A stretch of 64,000 nt of DNA from a virus: IMG/VR virus record IMGVR_UViG_3300042691_030495; one strand, given 5' to 3'. The notes under the pieces were generated by a model. That model saw nothing but the letters and a program-made list of their open reading frames with translations. It was not told where the DNA came from and made no database searches. The translations under genes and the position numbers were made by a program. This document shows, in pieces, positions 15,936 to 25,400 of the stretch. The number at the start of each line of letters is the position of its first letter. The stretch's first letter is position 1.

Positions 15936-16006
15936 AACCGGGTGCGCTGTGTGGTAAACTTCAAGTATCGGGGAATCGACTCTCTACCGAAGAAAGCTCA
16001 CAGCTA

Positions 16007-17404
<1,398 letters not shown>

Positions 17405-17427
17405 TAAATCCTGTACACTAGTACCTT

Positions 17428-18837
17428 ATGGGTAAAAGTATTATGGAACAGCTCGCTCTCCTTCCAGAGGAGGAGCGACTAGAGGCTCTTGCTGACATCG
17501 ATCCAGACTCTCTGATCTGGGACTGGTCCGTTTGGGCGCGTCCAGAGCAGCTAGCCCCGCCCGGTACCGATTGGAATATCTGGCTTGTTATGGCAGGCCG
17601 TGGTTTTGGTAAGACTCGCCTAGCAGCAGAATGGGTCCGCGAACAGGCCAAATACACGACTACCGGCCAACGCCGATTCGCACTTGTTGCCCGTACCGCA
17701 GCCGACGTCCGTGACGTTATCGTTGAAGGTGAGTCCGGAATCATCAATATCACCCCTCCAAGCGAGCGTCCACTATACGAGCCTTCGAAGCGTCGTCTAA
17801 CTTGGCCCAACGGAAACACCGCCACACTTTTTACCGCTGACGAACCTGACGGTCTCCGTGGTCCGCAGTTCACTCACGCCTGGGGCGATGAAATTGCAGC
17901 TTGGCGTCAGACTCCAGATGCCGCAGGTATGACCGCCTTCGATAACCTTCGAGTTGGTACTCGTCTTGGTGCAACCCCGCAGATGGTTGTTACCACAACC
18001 CCCAAGCGAGTTCCACTTCTTTACAAACTTATCGAAGAGTCCAGAACCGACAAAGGTAACGTAATTATTACCAAGGGATCTACCATGGACAATGCTGGAA
18101 ACCTTTCCAACTCATATCTTGACACCATTACCGGCGTTTACGAAGGTACCGCCTTGGCTCGCCAGGAGCTTTACGGTGAGATGCTCGAGGATCTCGAAGG
18201 CTCTATGTGGAATGAAGAGATGGTTGAAGAAGCTAGACATGCTATGTATCCATTCTCTACTCCTCTAAGAGTTATCGGCGTTGACCCTTCTGTTGCTGAA
18301 AACCCTCGCGACGAATGTGGAATTGTTGTAGTAGCGTCTACTGCAGATCACGATCTCTACAAGCGCGAAGCATGGGTTCTAGAAGACGCTTCTGTTCACG
18401 GCTCTCCAGATACTTGGGCTCGTAAAGTTGTTGAGATGGCACGCAAGTGGGGGTGCCCTGTTGTAGCCGAAGTAAACCAAGGTGGCGCACTAGTTCGAAA
18501 CGCTATTCTTTCAATCGACCCGAGCATTAAAGTTCTAGAGGTCCACTCTAAGCAAGGTAAACAGCTTCGTGCAGAGCCAATTGTTCTTGCCTACGAGCAA
18601 AAGCGCGTCCACCATGTTGGATACCTACAGGACCTAGAGTCTCAGATGTACTCGTGGATTCCAGGCGAAGGAAAATCTCCTGACCGGATTGACGCACTTG
18701 TCCACGCTTTAACCGCGCTACTAATTAAACCACCGCCTGGCTTTAGCGGAGGAAAGATACGCGCAAAATCTGTGGCAGACAGAAGACTTCCAAAAAGCTC
18801 AATAACTGACCGAGTAAATATCTTTAGAGTCCGCTAA
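17428..18837 (+). CDS. terL: terminase large subunit
   Basis: Walker A AGRGFGKT, Walker B AWGDE, nuclease IGVDP and SPDRIDA. Confidence 0.97.
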   Translation: MGKSIMEQLALLPEEERLEALADIDPDSLIWDWSVWARPEQLAPPGTDWNIWLVMAGRGFGKTRLAAEWVREQAKYTTTGQRRFALVARTAADVRDVIVEGESGIINITPPSERPLYEPSKRRLTWPNGNTATLFTADEPDGLRGPQFTHAWGDEIAAWRQTPDAAGMTAFDNLRVGTRLGATPQMVVTTTPKRVPLLYKLIEESRTDKGNVIITKGSTMDNAGNLSNSYLDTITGVYEGTALARQELYGEMLEDLEGSMWNEEMVEEARHAMYPFSTPLRVIGVDPSVAENPRDECGIVVVASTADHDLYKREAWVLEDASVHGSPDTWARKVVEMARKWGCPVVAEVNQGGALVRNAILSIDPSIKVLEVHSKQGKQLRAEPIVLAYEQKRVHHVGYLQDLESQMYSWIPGEGKSPDRIDALVHALTALLIKPPPGFSGGKIRAKSVADRRLPKSSITDRVNIFRVR

Positions 18838-19202
18838 TGAAGGTGCTTGCTGATATATTTCCAGCGCACCTAGCAGTAGTTGCCCCCGGGATTTTTGAAG
18901 ATGTCTATGACCTAAGATCTAATCCACCGACTGAAGATGCCTTTTATCGGAGTACTACCAGGGTTGTTGTTACGGACGAGGCGGTATTTGTTGCTCAGGA
19001 TGGTCCAAGCGGTGCTCAGATCATATTTCAAGAGAGATATGACCTATTCCTAAAAGCAGCAGACGCAAAAAGCGACTATAGAATCATAACTAAGTCTGGA
19101 AAAATGCTAGCATTTCAAAAAGACACCAACTGCGGCTGCGGATCCCGCCTTCGGGGTTGGAACGCGTATAAAACTATCTCTTCAATAAAGGATTCGATAT
19201 GA
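18837..19202 (+). CDS. hypothetical protein (CGCG motif)
   Basis: Coupled to terL. Confidence 0.8.
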   Translation: MKVLADIFPAHLAVVAPGIFEDVYDLRSNPPTEDAFYRSTTRVVVTDEAVFVAQDGPSGAQIIFQERYDLFLKAADAKSDYRIITKSGKMLAFQKDTNCGCGSRLRGWNAYKTISSIKDSI

Positions 19203-19486
19203 CACTTGACATTCTAACCTACGTTATCTTAGTTTTGGCTGCCTACCGAGTCACCCGATTGATTACAACAGATACTATTTTGGAAGGCTTCCGCAACTGG
19301 GTCTGGAGTAGACAAGACCCGGGAACTAAGATAGGCTATCTAATAAGCTGTAATTGGTGTACCGGATTTTGGGTGTCTTTGGCATTCATTCTGGCACATC
19401 TTTTAGTGCCTAATGCCACGTTTGTGGTATCATTAGTGTTATCGACATCTGCCCTAGTAGGTATTATTTCTTCAAAGGCTGAGTAA
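19199..19486 (+). CDS. DUF1360-like membrane protein
   Basis: YRVTRLITTDTI...LISCNWCTGFW; position before portal. Confidence 0.8.
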   Translation: MTLDILTYVILVLAAYRVTRLITTDTILEGFRNWVWSRQDPGTKIGYLISCNWCTGFWVSLAFILAHLLVPNATFVVSLVLSTSALVGIISSKAE

Positions 19487-19498
19487 CAGGGAGACCCC

Positions 19499-21250
19499 TT
19501 GGGAATTTTCAATAAGAACAGCAAAAACACACGTAGAGAATCTACTAACAGTCGCTTTAGGGCTTCGGTGCCTCGCACTGCGACCCCTGTTGCTCCAGGC
19601 ATCTCTGTAGATTCTTTCGGTTTGGTTTATGCAGAGCCCGCGGCCTACAACACCCCTAGAGCTTTAACTGCAGCAGCAGCCCAGATAAAAATTGGTGACA
19701 AAACAGAGGCAGAGCAGTTTAAAGCTCGTAGACAGTCCGCTTCTTCGTCCTGGCAGACAGAAGCTTGGGAGTACTACGACGCGATTGGCGAAATTAAGTA
19801 CGCTTTTAATCTTGTTGCTGCAGTTGTATCCCGTATTCGAATCTACGCAGCATCTGTAGACAACCCAGCCGAGGCTCCTGTTCCTGTAAATATCTCAGCG
19901 AACATAGATCCTCAGCTAGCAAGAGCCGCTGAGCGCGCATTGGCAAGACTTAACTCAGCATACGGTGGTCAGGCAGGTCTTTTGAAAGACGCTGCTCTAA
20001 ATCTTCAGGTTACTGGAGAGTGCTACCTAGTTCAGGTTCCAGAACGTGTTGGCACTGGTCTTCCAGAGAGCTGGGACATGAGATCTGTAGATGAACTACA
20101 GCTAGACTCCAGAGGAAACTATGTCATTAGCCCAATTCGCGATGTTTCAGGATCTTCTTCCAACCAAACTTCAAAAAGTGCGATAAAACTTCCTAAGGAC
20201 GCGTTTATTGGACGCATTTGGAAGTCTCACCCTCGTTACTCACTAGAGTCAGACTCATCGCTGCGCGGTCTACTCGATCTTTGCGCTGAACTTCTACTTC
20301 TTAACCGCACCTTCCGTGCAACTGCACGTTCACGCTTGAACGCTGGTGCTCTCTACTTGCCAGACGGACTGTCAGTAGCATCTTCTCCGGATCCAGACTA
20401 CCCATACGATGAAGATGGCGAATACAACGAGCAGTATAACGCCGAGGAAGCTGCTGACGACTTCGAAGATCAACTAATCGACGCGATGACCACTCCGATT
20501 AAGGACGAAGACTCCGCGAGCGCCGTTGTCCCACTTATCATTCGTGGACCTGCAGAACTTGGCGACAAGATCAAGCAGTTTAAGTTCGAGCGTTCGTTTG
20601 ACGCCAGCCTTGTGCAGCGTGCTGACCGAGTCCTTGAGAGAATCATGCAGGGTCTAGACGTCCCTAAGGATGTTGTAACAGGTCTTGCAAATGTTAAGTA
20701 TTCAAACGCTCTACAGATTGACGAAGCACTCTACAAGGCTCACATCGAACCTCTAATGCTTCTTATTGTTGACGCTTTGACTGTTGTTTACTTGCGTCCA
20801 TACCTAATTGCAAACGGCTATGACGAAGAAGCTGTAGCCAAGATTCAGGTTTGGTATGACCCAAGTCAGGTAGCAACCAGAAATGACAGAGCTACCGACG
20901 CAGACAGCGGATTCGACAAGATGGCAGTCTCCTACAACACATGGAGACGCGCGCACGGATTCTCAGATGCAGACGCACCTAGCCCAGCAGAACTTGCACT
21001 ACGCCTTGTAATTGAGAAGGGTATGATCACCCCTGAGCTAACTCAAAGCATGCTAGAAGCGGTTGCGCCTGAACTTAAAGATCTTATTAACGCAGCAAGT
21101 CAAGCCAGCTCTGTAGCTCCTATGCCACCAGAGATTGAGCAATTGCTAGCTGGACAGCCAGTGGCTCCTGGAGCAGAGGCACCTACCGAAGAGCCTGCAG
21201 CAGAAGCCCCGGGTCTTGCAGAACCAGTAGCTCCTCAAGAAGGGCAGTAA
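19499..21250 (+). CDS. portal protein
   Basis: Size and position; WQTEAWEYYDAIGE, GECYLV, RIWKSHP motifs of actinophage portals. Confidence 0.9.
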   Translation: MGIFNKNSKNTRRESTNSRFRASVPRTATPVAPGISVDSFGLVYAEPAAYNTPRALTAAAAQIKIGDKTEAEQFKARRQSASSSWQTEAWEYYDAIGEIKYAFNLVAAVVSRIRIYAASVDNPAEAPVPVNISANIDPQLARAAERALARLNSAYGGQAGLLKDAALNLQVTGECYLVQVPERVGTGLPESWDMRSVDELQLDSRGNYVISPIRDVSGSSSNQTSKSAIKLPKDAFIGRIWKSHPRYSLESDSSLRGLLDLCAELLLLNRTFRATARSRLNAGALYLPDGLSVASSPDPDYPYDEDGEYNEQYNAEEAADDFEDQLIDAMTTPIKDEDSASAVVPLIIRGPAELGDKIKQFKFERSFDASLVQRADRVLERIMQGLDVPKDVVTGLANVKYSNALQIDEALYKAHIEPLMLLIVDALTVVYLRPYLIANGYDEEAVAKIQVWYDPSQVATRNDRATDADSGFDKMAVSYNTWRRAHGFSDADAPSPAELALRLVIEKGMITPELTQSMLEAVAPELKDLINAASQASSVAPMPPEIEQLLAGQPVAPGAEAPTEEPAAEAPGLAEPVAPQEGQ

Positions 21251-21252
21251 TA

Positions 21253-21708
21253 GTGGACCAGCCATCTAGCGTAGATCTTGCAAAGAAACTTGCTCATCTA
21301 CTGTCTGACGTAGTTTCTCTGTCTTTTATTTCTCAGGGGCACCACTGGAACATTAAAGGTTTTAACTTTTATCAGTTCCACGCGTTCTTTGCAGAAATAT
21401 ACGAAGACACTTCTTCAGCGATTGATCCTCTTGCAGAAAACATTAGAAAGCTAGGATTCAATGCCCCCTATCTTCTAACTGACTTTTCCGAGATGACCTG
21501 CATCAACCAAGAACGAATTGACGGAGACGCCATTGAGTCTATTAATTCTTTAGTTAGTGCAAACAGTATTGTAACTAACTGCTACGCAGATGCTTTTGAG
21601 CTTGCAGAAAACTGCAACCAACCAGGCATTGCAGACTTCCTTGCTGGAAGACATGAGATGCACCAGAAGTGGCAGTGGCAGTTAGAGTCAACTTTAGGGA
21701 TTAGATAA
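21253..21708 (+). CDS. dps: Dps (ferritin-like DNA protection protein)
   Basis: HHWNIKGFNFYQFHAFFAEIY...IDPLAENIRKLG signature with ferroxidase H/H/D/E. Confidence 0.92.
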   Translation: MDQPSSVDLAKKLAHLLSDVVSLSFISQGHHWNIKGFNFYQFHAFFAEIYEDTSSAIDPLAENIRKLGFNAPYLLTDFSEMTCINQERIDGDAIESINSLVSANSIVTNCYADAFELAENCNQPGIADFLAGRHEMHQKWQWQLESTLGIR

Positions 21709-22400
21709 TGTCTTCGTATTTAGAGTCTGCTTTTGGTGGAAACTCAAATATCTCGGGATACTCTTTAGTCCCAGAAGAGCAAGAGTTTGCTGACGCAATC
21801 CTAAAGGTTGCCAAAAAGTACGGAAAGTTTAACGACGACAACAGCGGTGTTTGGGTTGGGTACACTCCTGCCTCAGAGAATGAGGAGAACGCTCAGATTG
21901 GCGTTAAGTGTGGCAACTGTGTCTTCTTCATGGGCGGAAATGCCTGCCAGATCCTAGCTGAAGCAGTGGAGGAGAACGGCCTATGCCGTCTTGCTGTATT
22001 GCCAGATGGCGCAGTCACTGCTACAGCTGGCTCAAAGCCTGCTCCGAAAAAAGATCAAATCAAAGGATCTAAAAAGAACCCTAAAGGTTCGGCCGACGAT
22101 GGCAAGAGCGTAACTTTCAACGAAACCATAATTACGTCCCTCAAGAACAAGGTAGAAAGCCACAACGAAAAGGCAGAAGCTGGCAGAAAAGCAACTCTTC
22201 CAACTCTAAAAGCTGTATACCGCAGGGGTGCTGGAGCTTTCTCTACATCTCACAGGCCTGACCAGAATCGCAACTCTTGGGCTATGGCCAGAGTGAACGC
22301 ATACCTGCACTTACTAAAAACCGGATCTCCTAAAAACTCAAAGTACACAACAGATAATGACCTGCTACCAAAGGGTCACCCAAAGTCAACAAAGAAATAA
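21708..22400 (+). CDS. two-domain head-module protein: HiPIP-like 4-Cys domain plus basic helical domain
   Basis: CGNCVFF...C...GLC; LKAVYRRGAGAF...WAMARVNAY. Confidence 0.7.
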   Translation: MSSYLESAFGGNSNISGYSLVPEEQEFADAILKVAKKYGKFNDDNSGVWVGYTPASENEENAQIGVKCGNCVFFMGGNACQILAEAVEENGLCRLAVLPDGAVTATAGSKPAPKKDQIKGSKKNPKGSADDGKSVTFNETIITSLKNKVESHNEKAEAGRKATLPTLKAVYRRGAGAFSTSHRPDQNRNSWAMARVNAYLHLLKTGSPKNSKYTTDNDLLPKGHPKSTKK

Positions 22401-22473
22401 AATACCGCATAATGCGGTAAACTTCTAGTAATATACTTTTAGCAAATACTCCTTTGCTCAGAAAGGCACCCAC

Positions 22474-25400
22474 GTGAGCCAAGCGTTCGATTCCCTACTC
22501 GCTAAGATCGAGAACTACTACTCTGACGCGGATTACACCGTTCAAGACGCCGAGCACCTGTCTCGCATCGCTATCTCCGAATACGCTTCGACTCAGAATG
22601 CTCTAGTAGCTTCGGCTCGTCAACTTTCCAATAATTCAGTACAAAAAATTATTGACCTAACAATTAATAAGCACATAACTGCAGACCCAAGCGAGTGGAT
22701 GCTCTTCGCAGCAAATGCCGTAGACAACGTAATTAACTACTCACAGCGCGGTGTACTAGCTTCTGGTCTTTCAGACTTTACAGACTTTTTACCAGTAGGT
22801 CACCCGTCAAGAACTAACCGCGGGGCTATGACCGCCTCTGCACTAAACCAGGCCACCGCGCTTTGGACTGCTGCAGACCCTCGCATTGCTTCTGACGAAG
22901 CTAGATACGACACATACAAAGCATACGCAAGCCAGCCAGGATCAGTTGAAGCAGACTACGCAGCGTATAAACTTTCAGCACTAGTTGCAGCAGGTTATGT
23001 TCCAGAAGACATTAGTCTTCCGATCACTGCAGCGTTCAGAATGAGCTTTGCAATGCGCTCCGCAATGTCTAAGGCACTTGCTGCTGTACGTCGTCGCCAC
23101 CGCGATGGTAGATTCGCTGAAGAGTTTGGACGTCTAAAGGGATTCTTTAGCCGTGGAGACGGAAGCATTTTCTCTGAAAACGGAAGAATTGTTGGCGCTG
23201 AGCGTGGGACCAACAACTTTGAGGTAGAGTTCAGCGGATCCGACGAGATTCCAGATGGTATCTACACCATCGATGCAGCTAAGACAGATTCCGTTAAAGC
23301 TGTTCTATCTAAGCGCGCACTGAAAGGCGTTAAAGGAAAGCGCAGTATTGCAGTGCCGACTCAGGCAGAGCGAGACGCTGCTATTCCTCTAGACGAGTTT
23401 ATAAAAACTAAAAAAGATGCACCAGAGGGTTGGACTAAGAACGAAGATGGATCTTTTACATCTAAGACAGGTCAGACACTACGTCAGGTAGACACTCGCC
23501 CTGAAGGTGACTACATGTTTGAAGGTGCTGGCGAAAGTGGTGCCGAAGATCCTAACGAACCGTTCTTTGAGTTAACTGACAGAGACGGCGAAATAATCGG
23601 TGTTGCTCAGGACTGGGCCGGCGCAAACAAAATTGCACTTACCTACGATGCTTTTGAAGAAGACAGCAAGCCAGAACCAGAAGAGCCAGGTCTCGACCAA
23701 GACGCTCCTGCCTCTGATCAAGAGGATCCTACAGCCATTGGAAAACCGGAAGACCCTAGAGCAGCTGCAATAGAAGATTTAGTATCCAACCTTGACTCTG
23801 CTGAAGCAAGAAGAGAATTTGAGCGCATGGAGCGGAGAGATGGCTCTTGGCTTGACTCAGAGCAGCCATCAATAGACGCGTATGGACCTGACGATAAGAA
23901 TCTGAACTGGAATGCTGAGTACGACAAAACTACTAAGGACCTTATAGAAAAGATTTTTAGTGACCCAGCAGTTGTCGAAGCTCGTAATGATAGGCCACTA
24001 GCTAAAACGCAAGAGGGCGACCCTGAGGACTGGGAATTAGACAATTGGTACCAAGAAGTCGGCGCTGCAATTTCATGGGCAGCAAAAAAGTACGCAGAAG
24101 AAGCTGCACCGGGCCTCGACCAAGATGCTCCTCGAAGCTTAAATGAGCCAGAAGACTCCGCTGTTGACATCGGTCCAGACCTAGAGAGAACTGACAGCGG
24201 AGATTTAGAGTACTACTCTGACACTGCTGGTGCTGACATCTCTAAAGTTGGAGACAAGTGGCAGCTCGTCAAGAGCGGGTTTGAGGATATTGAACAGCAC
24301 CCACGCGGTGTCTACCAGTATGAAGACACTAAGATGTTTGACTCCGAGCAAGAAGCCATAGCTGAAGCACAAAAGTGGATTGATTTAGGTAAGTCTTCTG
24401 ACTTCTACGACTTTATGTATAACGACTGGTTTGATGGCCAAGCAGATGGCCTAGACCAGGATGCCAAAAACCCTAACTGGTTTGAAGACGCTATTGACTT
24501 TGATGCCATAGACAATCAGGATAGCTGGAAAGACCTAGGCGGAGGCTCCAGAGAGTACACCTCACCAGACGGAAAACTAAAACTAACTTTTGAACCAGAC
24601 GGCGACTCGGACGGTGAGGGTGGACTTGTAGACGCCTCCGGAATTACTGTTGAGTACGATGGTCAATCTGTTGGCAGCTTTAAGGCAACCGAGCGCGACC
24701 TCACGTCTCCAGGAGAAGTTGCAGACGCCCTTAGCCGTACTTTAGCTGAAGCTAATTTTAATCCTAACGATTTAATAAAATTTGATGATTTTGGAAATTA
24801 CGGCTTCGAGCGAGAGAGCGGTCTTGGCACAGTTTCTATCTCTAAAAAGTACGACCCAAACACTAAGAAACTCCAGTGGGAAGTAACTAAAGAAGCTCGC
24901 GACCTTATTGATGAGAACGTTGAGCACTCTTTCTTTGAGCAAAAAAAGTTTGACTCCTTAGATGACGCAAGAGCTTTCGCTGAAGAGTTTGCTCAGATTC
25001 TTAACGATGACGACAAATTCTCCAAATTCCTAAACGATGACTGGGCAGACAGAGACTACGACTACGGCTTTGACCAAGCAGGCGGATCTACGACAGATAC
25101 CGTAAAGCAGCTTGCTGACGGATACAACATCACTCCTCGTGTAGAAATAGTTTACAATTCGAACACCAAGCAGTATGAGCGTTCAGTAAACTCGAACGAG
25201 TTTGAAGCAGACGGTGACTTCTACGACTTTGGTTCGGCAGTAGTTAACCTGTCTGAATATGCTCCAGGTAAATGGGTAGCAACTATCTTCTATGGAGATA
25301 GGGATGGCAGTGGCCAGGATACCCTTGAACTTGAGCAAGACTTCAACAGCCCCGAGGAAGCCTTCGAGTGGGTAGCTAACGGATTTGGTAAAGGGTTTGA

